In this document: piece after piece, positions 1 through 10,029 of the stretch
How the letters are laid out: every line of letters begins with the position of its first letter
How positions within the stretch are numbered: the stretch's first letter is position 1
Assembly (NCBI GenBank): GCA_963663895.2
Contig: CAXXRD010000002.1
Location: 448,001 to 512,000 of the forward strand
Reading direction: 5' to 3'
Length of the DNA stretch: 64,000 nucleotides
From: Dehalococcoidia bacterium
GTDB taxonomy: Bacteria > Chloroflexota > Dehalococcoidia > Bin125
Translations under genes and position numbers: made by a program
The notes under the pieces: model-generated
What the model was told of the DNA's origin: nothing
The model's database searches: none
What the model saw: only the letters and a program-made list of their open reading frames with translations

Positions 1-284
1 ACACTGCTGTCTGGGACGAGAACCTGCGCGCCGAGCGTCTCCTGAAAATCCTTGAGGTTGCCGCTGTGGTCGAAGTGGTGGTGGGTAATACTGGCCAGGG
101 CGATCTCCGCGCCCTCGATGGCGGCGAGATAGCCGCGGATCATCCACTTGAATTTGTCAATGGCTTCTCCGGAGTCGATGGCGAGCACTTGGTCTTGGCC
201 GACGACGTAGATGTTGGTGGAGCGCGGCCGCATGGGGTCGCTCTCGGGGACTGCGACGACGCGGACGTTCGGCGAGATCTGCAT
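1..284 (-). CDS. MBL-fold metallo-hydrolase (5' part only, runs off window start)
   Basis: Not in the ORF track. Manual translation from ATG at 284: MQISPNVRVVAVPESDPMRPRSTNIYVVGQDQVLAIDSG...ITHHHFDHSGN; THxHxDH metal-binding motif and IDSG. Confidence 0.9.
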   Translation of the reverse strand, partial: MQISPNVRVVAVPESDPMRPRSTNIYVVGQDQVLAIDSGEAIDKFKWMIRGYLAAIEGAEIALASITHHHFDHSGNLKDFQETLGAQVLVPDSS

Positions 285-354
285 CGGAACGCTCCAAGCG
301 GTGCGGTGATGCTAGCGGAGTGCGGGGGGTGGGCCGCACGGGCTCCTGTGTGCG

Positions 355-1836
355 CTAGTTACTGAACCGGGCGGCCGCTCGACCGGCGATCCGGCCGAAG
401 ACGGCACCGGCCATCAGGCCGGCGCCCCCAGTGTAGTTGTTGAACCAGAGACCGCCGACGAGCTCTCCCGCAGCGTACAGGCCCGCCAGGGGACGCTCTT
501 CCGTATCGAGAACGGCGGCGGTCGTGGGGACGATCTTGAGGCCGCCGAAGGTGAAAGTGATGCCACAGGTGACGGCGAAGCCGAGGTACGGCGGGGAGTC
601 GAGCGGGAGGGCCCAATTGGATTTGGGCGGATGCAGGCCCTCGGTGGCGAGACCGTCACACGCGGAGGGATCGAAGCGTTCACGGACGTCCGGAGGCGGA
701 CAGGCAGCGTTGTAGGCGCGGACCGTACGCGCGAGGCCGCGGGGATCGACGCCGAGCGTTTCGGCGAGCTGGGAGAGGGTGGCGGCTTCGGCCTTGGTGA
801 CTTGGCGGATGCGGTATTCGTCGCGGAGGAGGGGGACGGCTTTCTGGTCGAAGAGCTGGAATGCGACGCGCTGGGGCTGGGCGAGGATGGCGGCGCCGTA
901 CTTGGCGTACGTGTAATTACGCAGGTCCGCCCCTTCGTCGAGGAAGCGGTCCCCGTTGCGATTGACGACGAGGCCGTAGGGGTAGGAGTGCTTCTGATAG
1001 AGGTCGCCGAGAGCACGGTTGCCGGTAGGTGGGGCGTTGAGGTCCCACGCGACGGCGTGCGCACCCGACCAATGCCCGTGGGGCTGCGCGCCGGCGTCGA
1101 GCGCGAAGCGGATGGCGTCGCCGGTGTTGAAGCGCGTGCCGCGAACCTTGGCAAGGTCCCACCCAGGCCCGAGATAGCGAGCACGCATCTCGGTGTTGGC
1201 CTCGAAGCCGCCGGCAGCGAGAACGACGGCGTCTGCTTCGAGGCATTCCTCGCGATCGGGGGTGGCGACGGCCACGCCAGTGATGCAGGGCCCTGTCCGC
1301 AGCAGGCGGATCGCTTTGCTCTCGTAGCGCAGAGTGATCCCGGCGCGCTCGGCAGCGGTGAAGAGCGCGTCGGAGAGACCTTGGCCGCCGCCGACCGCCT
1401 CGACGATGAGGCCGCCGTAGAAGCGAAGCAGGCCGCGGACGCTGTGTGCTTGCCGCCCGTACATGAGGGTCCAACGCAGACCCTGCTCACGAAGCCAGAT
1501 CATAGTGGGAAGGGCGTTGTGGACGAGCGTATGGGCGAGGGCGTCGTCGACGAGGCCGTCGGTGACACGGGCGAGGTCGGCGCGGAACTGCGCGACGGGG
1601 TAAGCGCCGACGTGGATGCGGGCGGCTTCGTCGTCGGAGAGGTCGGGAATAAGGAGCCGCAGGGTCTCGAGGCCATCGTAAGGAAAGCGAAAGCCCCCGC
1701 CGGCGAAGAAGGTGTTGCCGCCACGCTCGGCGCGGGGAGCCTTCTCAAGGACGGTGACACTCGCGCCTGCCTCGCGGGCAGCGAGGGCAGCGCAGAGGGC
1801 GGCGTTCCCGGCACCGACCACTATGACGTGCGGCAT
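355..1836 (-). CDS. tcuA: FAD-dependent tricarballylate dehydrogenase TcuA-like flavoprotein
   Basis: VVGAGNAALCAA FAD motif, GGNTFFAGG, GGFEANTEMR, RGTRFNTGD, FLDEGADLRNYTYAKYG, GITFTFGG, NNYTGGAGL, typical of TcuA. Confidence 0.8.
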   Translation of the reverse strand: MPHVIVVGAGNAALCAALAAREAGASVTVLEKAPRAERGGNTFFAGGGFRFPYDGLETLRLLIPDLSDDEAARIHVGAYPVAQFRADLARVTDGLVDDALAHTLVHNALPTMIWLREQGLRWTLMYGRQAHSVRGLLRFYGGLIVEAVGGGQGLSDALFTAAERAGITLRYESKAIRLLRTGPCITGVAVATPDREECLEADAVVLAAGGFEANTEMRARYLGPGWDLAKVRGTRFNTGDAIRFALDAGAQPHGHWSGAHAVAWDLNAPPTGNRALGDLYQKHSYPYGLVVNRNGDRFLDEGADLRNYTYAKYGAAILAQPQRVAFQLFDQKAVPLLRDEYRIRQVTKAEAATLSQLAETLGVDPRGLARTVRAYNAACPPPDVRERFDPSACDGLATEGLHPPKSNWALPLDSPPYLGFAVTCGITFTFGGLKIVPTTAAVLDTEERPLAGLYAAGELVGGLWFNNYTGGAGLMAGAVFGRIAGRAAARFSN

Positions 1837-1918
1837 GCGCGCTTCGCTCTCGCCGTCCGATCCAAGCGCCGATTTCGGATACGATCGGGTAGCTTCGCCA
1901 TGCTACTGGAGGTGCTCT

Positions 1919-3097
1919 GTGGCCGGTCCGCTCGCCGGGGTCAAGATTTTGGATTTCACACGCTATCAGCAGGGGCCGTACGCCACAGTGATGCTGTCCG
2001 ATTTAGGGGCGACGGTACTGAAGGTGGAGCCCCGGGAAGGCGATCCCGGCCGCAGCCTGGGACTGAAACCGGACGGATGGTGTGCCTATTTTGAGGCGCA
2101 CGACCGCAACAAGCGATCGATCACGATCGACGTGCGGAAGCCGGAAGGGAAAGCGATCGTTTACAAGCTGGTGCAAGAATACGACGTGGTGACGGACAAC
2201 TTCCGTCCCTCGGTCATGAAACGGCTGGGGTTGGATTATGACGCCTTCAGCAAGATCAACCCGCGGGTGATCACGGCGACGGCGACGGGGTTTGGGCCTG
2301 AGGGACCGTACGCGCACCGGCCGTCGTTTGATTCGATCGGGCAAGCGATGGGTGGGATTATGAGCGTACAGGGCGGCGGGCCCGATGAGCCGCCGGAAGA
2401 CGTGATGGGAGGATTGGCGGATCAAGTGGGGGCGATGGTGTTTGCGCTGGGGATCTCGTCCGCGATTATCGCGCGGGAACGGCAGGGGATCGGACAGCAT
2501 GTGGACGTGTCGCTGTTCGGCTCGCAACTGGCGCTCCAGACGTACCAGCTGACGGGGATGATGCGGGACGGGTCGCAGCACAAGACCCCGCACCGCTTGA
2601 TGCCGACGTTCACCTACTACCGCTGCCAGGACGGAAAATACCTTTCGCTTGGGATCTTGATCCCGAAGTGGTGGGAAGCGCTCTGCCGGATACTGGGCCG
2701 CGAGGATCTGAGCCGGGACGAGCGCTTTGAGGACGCGCACCGCCGCCAGCGCAATCGCGAAGCGCTGCTGGCGGAGTTGGATGCGGCCTTCCAGCAGCGA
2801 CCGCGCGAGGAGTGGCTGGCGCTGCTGATGGACGCGGACGTGCCGTGCGGACCGGTCAACGACTACGCGGCGCTGGCGACGGAGCCCCAGGCGCTGGAGA
2901 ACGGGTACATCGCTTCGCTTGAGCATCCGTCGTTGGGGAGGGTGGGCGTCGTCGGGAGTCCGATCAAGATGACGAAGACGCCCGCGGGGCCGGCCGCCTG
3001 CGCGCCGGAGCTGGGGCAGCACACGGAGGAGGTGCTGCTGGAGTTGGGCTACGACTGGGCGGCGATCGAGCGGTTGAAGGTGGCGGAAGTTATCTAA
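1919..3097 (+). CDS. CoA-transferase family III (CaiB/BaiF)
   Basis: GPLAGVKILDFT, LSDLGATVLKVE, RNKRSITID, DNFRP, GFGPEGPY, APELGQHTEEVL. GTG start at 1919 after GGAGGTG; the ORF-track start at 1712 overlaps tcuA. Confidence 0.92.
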   Translation: MAGPLAGVKILDFTRYQQGPYATVMLSDLGATVLKVEPREGDPGRSLGLKPDGWCAYFEAHDRNKRSITIDVRKPEGKAIVYKLVQEYDVVTDNFRPSVMKRLGLDYDAFSKINPRVITATATGFGPEGPYAHRPSFDSIGQAMGGIMSVQGGGPDEPPEDVMGGLADQVGAMVFALGISSAIIARERQGIGQHVDVSLFGSQLALQTYQLTGMMRDGSQHKTPHRLMPTFTYYRCQDGKYLSLGILIPKWWEALCRILGREDLSRDERFEDAHRRQRNREALLAELDAAFQQRPREEWLALLMDADVPCGPVNDYAALATEPQALENGYIASLEHPSLGRVGVVGSPIKMTKTPAGPAACAPELGQHTEEVLLELGYDWAAIERLKVAEVI

Positions 3098-3202
3098 GGG
3101 TAGACGCCGGTGGCGGTGCGGGGAGGGCGGGCGCGCGGCGGCCCTCTTGTTGCCTGCGCGTGGGGGCGGCGAGTGGCTCGTGGCCGCCATCACGCGCCCT
3201 GA

Positions 3203-4873
3203 TCACAAGTAGGAGGAGCGCCCGCTCTCGTTGGGGTCGGTGAGGACGTTGACGACGGCGACGGCGTTGGAGTCGAGGGCGCGCCGAATGGCGGGGACGA
3301 TCTCGGCGGGATCGGTGACGCGCTCGCCGTAGCCGCCGACCATCTGCGCCATCTGTTCGTAGTGCGCGGGAATGAGAGCGGCGATGGGGGGGGCGCCCGG
3401 CGGGAGGAGGCGATCTTGGATGGCGTGGCCGGTGACGCCGGCGTTGTTGGCGATCACGAATACGACGTTGGCGCCGACGCGCGCGGCGGTTTCGATCTCG
3501 TTGCAGCCTGCGCCGAAGGCGTAGTCGCCAACGATGGCGACGGCTTGCTCGTCGGGCCGAGCCAGCTTCGCGCCGATGGCGTAGGGGACGCCGGTGCCGA
3601 CGCAGCCAGTCGGACCGGCGTTGAGGCGGCGACGCGGGTGGTAGCTGGGGAGCAGCATGCGGGCCATGGCCATAGTGAGCTCGCCGTCGGCGGCGATGCT
3701 GGCGCCGCGTTCGATGGTGTCGCGAAGATCACGGAGGAGGCGGTGATGGTTGATGGGGACGCGGTCCGAGTCCATGGGCTCGGCAACGGCGGCCTCGTTC
3801 TTGCGGCAGGCCTCTTGCAGGACGGCGGTCCACTGGCGCTGCTCGGCCCGCAGCGAGCGGGGAGTGAGCGCGTCGGCCAGGGAGGCGGCGGTCGCGGCAC
3901 AGTCCGCGACGATGCCGAGCTCGACGTCGGCGCCGCTGTACATCTCTTCGGGGACGATGTCGACTTGCACGATGCGGACGCCGGGAGCGTATTTCCTCGG
4001 GTTGCCGAGTTGGAAGATCCAGTTGAAGCGGGCGCCCATGGCGAGGAGGACGTCGGCTTGCGAGAGGGCAGTGGTGCGGGCTGCGTTGACGCACAGAGGA
4101 TGGTCGTCCGGGATGGCGCCACGACCGGTGGGAGAAGCGACGAAGGGAATGCCGAGATCGACGAGGCGTTGGATCTGCGGGCCGGCGTCGGCCCAGGCAG
4201 CGCCTTTGCCGATAAGGATGAGGGGGCGCTCGGCGGCGGCGAGCATGCCGGCGACGGCGTCGATGGCGGCGGGATCCGGCTGGGGTGGGGCGAGGGCGGG
4301 CGTTGCAGCGCGGAAGCGGACGCGCTCCTCGGGGATCTGCTGGGTGATCAGCTCGCCAGGAAAATCAAGATAGACGGCTCCCGGACGGCCAGCCATGGCG
4401 TTGCCGAGCGCCAGGTGCATGTACTCCGGGATGCGACGGACGCTATCGGCTTGGAGGGTCCACTTGCAGGCGGGGGCGGCGTAGGCGACCTGGTCGATCT
4501 CTTGGAAGCCGCCAAAGCCGCGAGTCGAGCTGCGTGCCGATCCGCCGAGGACGACGAGCGGCATCCCGCTTTCGTTGGCAACGTACATCGGTGTGACGGC
4601 GTTGGTCATTCCGGGACCGCTGCCGACGACGAGGACCCCGGGTTTGCGGTTGACGTAGCCCCAAGCAGCCGCCATGAAGCCGGCAGTGCCCTCGTGGCGA
4701 CAGCTGATGACGCGCAAGCCCGCGTTGTGGAGCTCGGCGATCGTTTCCACCATCGGACCGCCGATGATGCCGAAGACGGTATCGACGCCGGCGCGGACGA
4801 GCTCTTCGGCGATCAGTTGCGCGCCGCTTTTTAGGGAAGTCACGCCTTCGGGATCCTTGCTGCGGCGCTCCAC
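3203..4873 (-). CDS. ThDP-dependent enzyme, 2-hydroxyacyl-CoA lyase / oxalyl-CoA decarboxylase-like
   Basis: RHE motif, GSGPGMTN, GGFQEIDQ, GKGAAW, LNAGPTGCVGTG, ThDP motif GDYAFG...NN. Alternative GTG start at 4843. Confidence 0.82.
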   Translation of the reverse strand: MERRSKDPEGVTSLKSGAQLIAEELVRAGVDTVFGIIGGPMVETIAELHNAGLRVISCRHEGTAGFMAAAWGYVNRKPGVLVVGSGPGMTNAVTPMYVANESGMPLVVLGGSARSSTRGFGGFQEIDQVAYAAPACKWTLQADSVRRIPEYMHLALGNAMAGRPGAVYLDFPGELITQQIPEERVRFRAATPALAPPQPDPAAIDAVAGMLAAAERPLILIGKGAAWADAGPQIQRLVDLGIPFVASPTGRGAIPDDHPLCVNAARTTALSQADVLLAMGARFNWIFQLGNPRKYAPGVRIVQVDIVPEEMYSGADVELGIVADCAATAASLADALTPRSLRAEQRQWTAVLQEACRKNEAAVAEPMDSDRVPINHHRLLRDLRDTIERGASIAADGELTMAMARMLLPSYHPRRRLNAGPTGCVGTGVPYAIGAKLARPDEQAVAIVGDYAFGAGCNEIETAARVGANVVFVIANNAGVTGHAIQDRLLPPGAPPIAALIPAHYEQMAQMVGGYGERVTDPAEIVPAIRRALDSNAVAVVNVLTDPNESGRSSYL

Positions 4874-4935
4874 CTTCCAGGGGTTCGGCCGCTCAACCGC
4901 GACGGGAGAGCGGATCCGTGACGTACGCGCACGGC

Positions 4936-5337
4936 TCAGCTACCCGCCTTCTCCATGGCTTTCGCAAGGAACTTCTCCATCGAACCGAGGATGAAGCGCT
5001 CGTGGGTCCCTTTGGCGACCTGGTCTTTCTCATCGCGGGCCTCGACGGCGAAGACCAGGCGGCGGCCGTCGACTTCGGTGAGCTCCGCCTTGGCAGTGAC
5101 GGTCATGCCAACAGGGGTGGGAGCGAGGTGCTGGACATTGAGGCTGGTGCCAACGGTGCCTTGGCCCGGGTCGAGGTTGGAGGCAACGCACTTGATGCAA
5201 GCTTCCTCAAGAAGACCGAAGAGCATGGGGGAGGCGTAGACCTTGGCGCCAGGGTTGCCGAGGCGGTCGGCGGTCATCGCTTCGGTGACGGTGCGGTCCA
5301 TGTGCGCGGTCTGGCCGACCGCGGGCGGTGCTGCCAT
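4936..5337 (-). CDS. Hotdog-fold thioesterase (FlK fluoroacetyl-CoA thioesterase family)
   Basis: VYASPMLFGLLEEAC, TVGTSLNVQHLAPTPVG, GTHERFI. Start MAAPP at 5337 after a GGAGG RBS. Confidence 0.88.
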   Translation of the reverse strand: MAAPPAVGQTAHMDRTVTEAMTADRLGNPGAKVYASPMLFGLLEEACIKCVASNLDPGQGTVGTSLNVQHLAPTPVGMTVTAKAELTEVDGRRLVFAVEARDEKDQVAKGTHERFILGSMEKFLAKAMEKAGS

Positions 5338-5586
5338 GCTGTTCCTCCATAGCTGCGAGGGAGCGCTGGGTGGACCCGGGCGTTCGTCCTCGATCGTCTC
5401 TACGCGGGCCGATGCTCCTTCAGGCACTAGCACGTCGTCGCCGACGATAGACGGCGCGAGCCGCGAGGGCTAGTGATCCTTTCGAGCCGGGGCCGCGCCG
5501 GCCGTGCGACCGAGCGGACCGTCCCGACGATGCCGGACGGCGGCGTGCCGAAGAGCCCCGCCGGAGATGCCGCGTAGACTAGCGGC

Positions 5587-6897
5587 ATGCACATGAGCGG
5601 CCGGTTCCCAAAGCTGTATTACGGCTGGTACATCGTTGCGGCGGGGTGGGGGGTGCAGATCCTGGTGGGAGCGCTGATGTTCCAAGCGTATGGGTCCTAC
5701 GCAGCGGTGATGCGGGAGGAGTTCGGCTGGAGCAAGACGATGTTCTCGGCAGCGTTCTCGATGTCGCAAGCGGAGAGCGGGGTGCTGGGGCCGGTGCAGG
5801 GACGGTTGATGGATCGGTTCGGGCCGCGGATCGTGTCGCAGATTGGGGTGGTGATCTTCGGGGGCGGGTTCATGCTCTTCAGCCAAGTGGACTCGCTGGC
5901 GTTTTTCTTCGTGGCGTTTTTCTTCGTGGCGATGGGAGCAGCCCTGTCGGGATTCATGTCGTTCACGATCGCGATCGTGAACTGGTTCGAGCGCCGACGA
6001 TCAATAGCGCTGGGGATCATGCTGTCGGGGCTAGCAGTCGGAGGACTGATCGTGCCGGCCGTGGTGCTGTCGTTGGAGCACCTGGGCTGGCGCGACACGG
6101 CGTTCGGGTCCGGGGTCATCATCCTGGCGGCGGGGTTGCCGCTGACGCTCGTACTGCGGCACCGGCCGGAGCAGTACGGGTACCAGATCGACGGAGTGAG
6201 TCAGAAGGAGCGCGAGGCGCGCCGCGTCGTCGCACAAGCGCCGCACGAATTCACGCCACGGGAGGCCCTGCGCACGCCCGTGTTCTGGTACCTCTCGCTG
6301 GGCCACGCGGCGGCGCTACTCGTCGTATCGGCGGTGCTCGTGCACATGGTGCTGCACGTGAACGAGAACCTTGGCTACTCCCTGGCAACGGCGGGGGCGA
6401 TGACGGCGCTGCTGACCGCGTCGATGATAGTGGGGCTGATCGGCGGCGGCGGGATCGGGGACCGGTTCAATAAGCGGACGCTGATCGTGGGGTGCATGGC
6501 CGGGCACACCGGCGGGCTGTTGCTGCTGGCCTACGCGAGCGATCTCTGGATGGTGGCCCTCTTCGCGATCCTGCACGGGATGGCGTGGGGAACGCGCGCG
6601 CCGGTGCTGCAGTCGATCCGGGCGGACTACTTCGGGCGGGCAGCGTTCGGGACGATCACGGGATTGTCGACCTTCATCTCATTGTTGGGGATGATGTTGG
6701 GCCCCATCATCGCCGGGGTCCTGGCGGACGAGACGGGCAGCTACGAAGTGGGGTTCACGGCGCTCGCGATCGTGGCCGGGATCGGCGCGGTGTTCTTCTT
6801 CCTGGCGCACCCGCCGCATCCTCCGGCGGATCAGACCGCGCCCAGCGAGGAAGGGTACCAAGGGTTGGGAGTCGCGTCGGCCGGGAGCGAAGGCTAG
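5587..6897 (+). CDS. MFS transporter (monocarboxylate/OFA-like)
   Basis: YYGWYIV, motif A GRLMDRFGPR, WFERRRSIALG, GDRFNKR, about 12 hydrophobic segments. Confidence 0.9.
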   Translation: MHMSGRFPKLYYGWYIVAAGWGVQILVGALMFQAYGSYAAVMREEFGWSKTMFSAAFSMSQAESGVLGPVQGRLMDRFGPRIVSQIGVVIFGGGFMLFSQVDSLAFFFVAFFFVAMGAALSGFMSFTIAIVNWFERRRSIALGIMLSGLAVGGLIVPAVVLSLEHLGWRDTAFGSGVIILAAGLPLTLVLRHRPEQYGYQIDGVSQKEREARRVVAQAPHEFTPREALRTPVFWYLSLGHAAALLVVSAVLVHMVLHVNENLGYSLATAGAMTALLTASMIVGLIGGGGIGDRFNKRTLIVGCMAGHTGGLLLLAYASDLWMVALFAILHGMAWGTRAPVLQSIRADYFGRAAFGTITGLSTFISLLGMMLGPIIAGVLADETGSYEVGFTALAIVAGIGAVFFFLAHPPHPPADQTAPSEEGYQGLGVASAGSEG

Positions 6898-8237
6898 TCG
6901 CCGCCGTCCAAGGAAACGGGGGCAGTCGCCCGCTCAAGCCATTGCAGGTCGCGGGGGGAGGGGCGCCGATCGAGGCGGGCGCGGAGCCATCTCTCGGCCT
7001 TTTCTAATTCGCCGGCGCGCAGATAGGACTCCAAGAGCGTGTCCTCAAAGAGTTCGCGCTGCGCGTGGCTGCCGCCGATGCGGACGATCCGACTCTGTAC
7101 GGACTCCAGAATACGGATGGCGGTGTCGTAGTCGCCGTGGGCGTAGGCAGCGATCCCTTCAGCGAGAGCGGGAACCACTTCCCCGGCGCGGATCTTGCCC
7201 GCAGCGTGGCGGGCGCGGAGTCCGTCGATGAGCCGGCCGAGCGTGGTTTCATCGCTGGCAGCCGCGTAGGCGAGGGCGCAGTGGACATCGGCCCACATAA
7301 GGCCGGGTTTTGTGAAGGTTCGGCAGGCAAAGTCGCGGACGTCGTCCCAGGGAAGCTCACGGTCAGCGCCGTAGAGCTGCGCGCGCCAGAGGAGGGAGGC
7401 GGAGTCGGCAATGAGGGCGAGGGCGCCGGACTGGGAGACCTCAGGACGGATGTGATCGCGGTAGAGACGGAGCGCGGCATCGAAGTCGCCTTGGTTGAGC
7501 AGGAAGAGCGCGTGGTGCCAGGAGAGATGGGTATGGAGCTCCGCGGCACGGCTGTAGCCGATCAGCCAGTCGGCGAGGAAGGAGGCGCCAGCGGCGGCCT
7601 CGCCGTACTCGTAGTGGACGTGGGCCATGGCGTGCGCGCCGTAGCCGTTCTCACGGCGAAGCTGGAGGGAGCGTTCCGCGTTGCGGCGGGCCGGCTCGAA
7701 GAGGAAGTGCTCGATCTGCGCGAAGGCGAGAGCGCTGAGAAACCACCAATCGTCACCGTAGTCGGATTCGAGACTTTCGAGGAGCTGGACTTGCTCTTCG
7801 GCGCGGTCCTGGCGACCGCTGAAGCCGATGAGGCCGTAGACGCCAGTCGCTTGCGAGAGGGCGAAGGCGTCGCGGGGATAGTCTTTCACGTGCTGGTAGA
7901 TGAGATCGAGGGCGCGGGGCGCCTTGCCCTCGATAGCGGAGGCCAGGATATCGACGTGGCACTGCTCGCGGGGAGAGGCGCCCGCGACGAGTTGCCGGGC
8001 GATCGCGGCTTCCTCACGAGCGCTGGCGACATCGCCGCGCATCTGGCGGAGGCGGGCGCGGGCGACGTGCGCGAGGGCGAAGCCGTCGTCGGCTTTGACG
8101 GCGGCGGCGAAGAGCGCTTCCGCCCCCAGGTCGCCGGCGAGGGAGCGGTCGACGGCGGCGCTGTAGTGCTCGGCCGCGACGGCGGAGCGGGTCGCGAGGG
8201 CGTTGCCGTAGCGGTCGGTGTGCGTGGCAGTAGGCAT
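6894..8237 (-). CDS. Tetratricopeptide repeat protein, TTC38-like
   Basis: HAMAHVHYE, HLSWHHALF, DSASLLWR, IGGSHAQRELF match the TTC38 family. Start MPTATH at 8237. Confidence 0.8.
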   Translation of the reverse strand: MPTATHTDRYGNALATRSAVAAEHYSAAVDRSLAGDLGAEALFAAAVKADDGFALAHVARARLRQMRGDVASAREEAAIARQLVAGASPREQCHVDILASAIEGKAPRALDLIYQHVKDYPRDAFALSQATGVYGLIGFSGRQDRAEEQVQLLESLESDYGDDWWFLSALAFAQIEHFLFEPARRNAERSLQLRRENGYGAHAMAHVHYEYGEAAAGASFLADWLIGYSRAAELHTHLSWHHALFLLNQGDFDAALRLYRDHIRPEVSQSGALALIADSASLLWRAQLYGADRELPWDDVRDFACRTFTKPGLMWADVHCALAYAAASDETTLGRLIDGLRARHAAGKIRAGEVVPALAEGIAAYAHGDYDTAIRILESVQSRIVRIGGSHAQRELFEDTLLESYLRAGELEKAERWLRARLDRRPSPRDLQWLERATAPVSLDGGD

Positions 8238-8316
8238 TACGGTTCTAATCGGCGGCAGCCTACCAGATCGAGCCGCTATTCTTGGCGCGCAGCGAGAGCG
8301 CGGGGGAGGGAAAACG

Positions 8317-8973
8317 GTGGTCGTCCAGCGCCTTGATGACGAGTTGGCAGCGCAACGCGCGCGATCAGCCGAGAAAATTCCGGCGGACAAGCAGGCATTG
8401 ATGGAGCAAGCGACGCGCGAACTGGAGGCGGAAGCGTGGCGGATGGGACTGACGGTGGGGGAGGTCGCACCGGACTTCAAGCTGCAGAGCGTGCAGGGCG
8501 AGACGGTGGAGCTCCGCGAGGTCTTGCGCAGCCGATCGGCAGTGCTGTCGTTCTACCGCGGACAGTGGTGACCCTACTGCAATCTTGAGCTGCAAGGTGT
8601 GCAGCAGATCAACGAGGCGATCGAACGGCTGGGAGGGCGAGCGTTCTTCATCGGGCCGGAGACGGAGGAAGAGTCGCTGAAGTTGATGGAGAAGACGCAG
8701 GCGACGATCCCGCTGCTGTACGACAGCGACGGCGCGGTCATGGAAGCCTACAAGCTGGGGTTCACGGTGCCGCCGTACTTGCAACCAGTCTACGCGGAGT
8801 TTGGGATCGACCTGCCGAAAGCGAATGCGCAGACGGGATGGCGCCTGCCGATCCCGGCGACGTTCGTCGTGGATCCGGTGCAGAAGGTGCGGGCGCGATA
8901 CCTGAACGCGGACTACCGCTACCGAATGGAACCAACGGCAATTCTCAGGGCGCTTGAGGAGATTCGGGAATGA
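8317..8973 (+). CDS. Peroxiredoxin-like AhpC/TSA selenoprotein (Sec85, UPYC)
   Basis: ORFs 8218-8571 and 8599-8973 share a frame and join through TGA 8569-8571: APDFKL...FYRGQW-U-PYCNLELQG...LPIPATFVVD, where the family has FYRGxWCPYC. SECIS-like hairpin follows. GTG start after GGAGGG. Confidence 0.88.
8582..8609 (+). promoter_or_regulatory. Putative bacterial SECIS element
   Basis: AUCU-UGA-GCUGCA[AGGUG]UGCAGC-AGAU; the G-containing apical loop begins 23 nt after the UGA. Confidence 0.7.
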
Positions 8974-9920
8974 AAGAGCTACCGATCGGGGTACACGTCT
9001 TCGCGGGGGATACGCCGGGGCTGGCCGCGGGGATCGTGGCAGCAGATGGGGCGGGGCTCGACGTGGCCTGGGTGACCCTCGGTCCCAATGCGCCGGACCC
9101 GTTCGTGGTCTACACGCAGGCGGCAGCGCAGGCGCAACGGATCCAGTTTGGGACGTCGATCGTGACGACATTCCCGCGACACCCGCTGGCGATGGCGCAA
9201 TCGGCGATGGCGCTGGATCAGGTGGCGCCGGGGCGGCTGCGGCTGGGCGTGGGTCCGAGCCACAAGCCGCTCGTCGAGGGCTTTTACGGGATCCCGTTCG
9301 AGCGCCCGCTCACGCATCTGCGGGAGTACCTCACGATCCTCAACGCCATCCTGAAAGAGGGGACGGTCTCGTTCCAGGGAGAGCTGCTGCAAGCGGAGGC
9401 GAGCTTCGGCGGGCCGACGCAAGTGAGCGTGCTGGCGTCGGCGCTGCGGCCCAAGGCGTTCCGGCTGTGCGGAGAGCTCACGGAGGGCGCGATCTCCTGG
9501 ATGTGCCCGCTGCCGTATATCCGTGACGTGGCGGGGCCGGCGTTGGAAGAGGGGGCGCGGATCGCGGGGCGGCCGAAGCCGGCGATGATCGTACATGCGC
9601 CGGTCGTGCTGAGCGAGGATGCCGAGGCGGTCCGGGCGGCAGCCAAGAGGCAGTTCGGGTTCTACCAGCGGATGCCGTACTACTCGCAGATGCTGCAGGA
9701 TGCGGGGTACCCGGAGGCGGCCGGTGCGGAGTTCAGCGACGCCATGTCCGACGGGCTGGTGATCTCCGGGAGCGAGGCGGCGGTGGGGGACCGGATCCGA
9801 GCGCTGCCGCAATACGGCGTGGACGAGCTACTGACGACGATCGTGCTGGTGGGCGATACGCCGCAGGCGACGGCCGATCGGACGCTGGCATTCTTGGGCG
9901 AGCTGGCGCGGGAGGCGTAA
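8970..9920 (+). CDS. LLM class (probably F420-dependent) oxidoreductase
   Basis: RIQFGTSIV, RHPLAMAQ, GRLRLGVGPSH, LREYL; ATGA overlap with the upstream gene. Confidence 0.88.
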   Translation: MKELPIGVHVFAGDTPGLAAGIVAADGAGLDVAWVTLGPNAPDPFVVYTQAAAQAQRIQFGTSIVTTFPRHPLAMAQSAMALDQVAPGRLRLGVGPSHKPLVEGFYGIPFERPLTHLREYLTILNAILKEGTVSFQGELLQAEASFGGPTQVSVLASALRPKAFRLCGELTEGAISWMCPLPYIRDVAGPALEEGARIAGRPKPAMIVHAPVVLSEDAEAVRAAAKRQFGFYQRMPYYSQMLQDAGYPEAAGAEFSDAMSDGLVISGSEAAVGDRIRALPQYGVDELLTTIVLVGDTPQATADRTLAFLGELAREA

Positions 9921-10029
9921 CCCCAACCGCCGCGATTCGGAGTTGACGACTCGGGGGCTGCGGGAGCAGCATTGGGGTCCTCGCGGGAGGGCTCGCGACT
10001 GCGAGCCGCTGCGGGAAGGGAGGCCGCCG

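Noticed and set aside
631-2094. Long alternative-frame and antisense ORFs (for example 631-2094, 3362-4834, 35164-37080, 45131-47566)
   Set aside because: Shadow ORFs of high-GC genes; no motifs, and they overlap well-supported genes.
8218-8571. Premature stops at 8569-8571 and 41975-41977 read as pseudogenes
   Set aside because: Both TGAs sit at the redox Cys position of xxC motifs with downstream hairpins, so Sec recoding is the simpler explanation.
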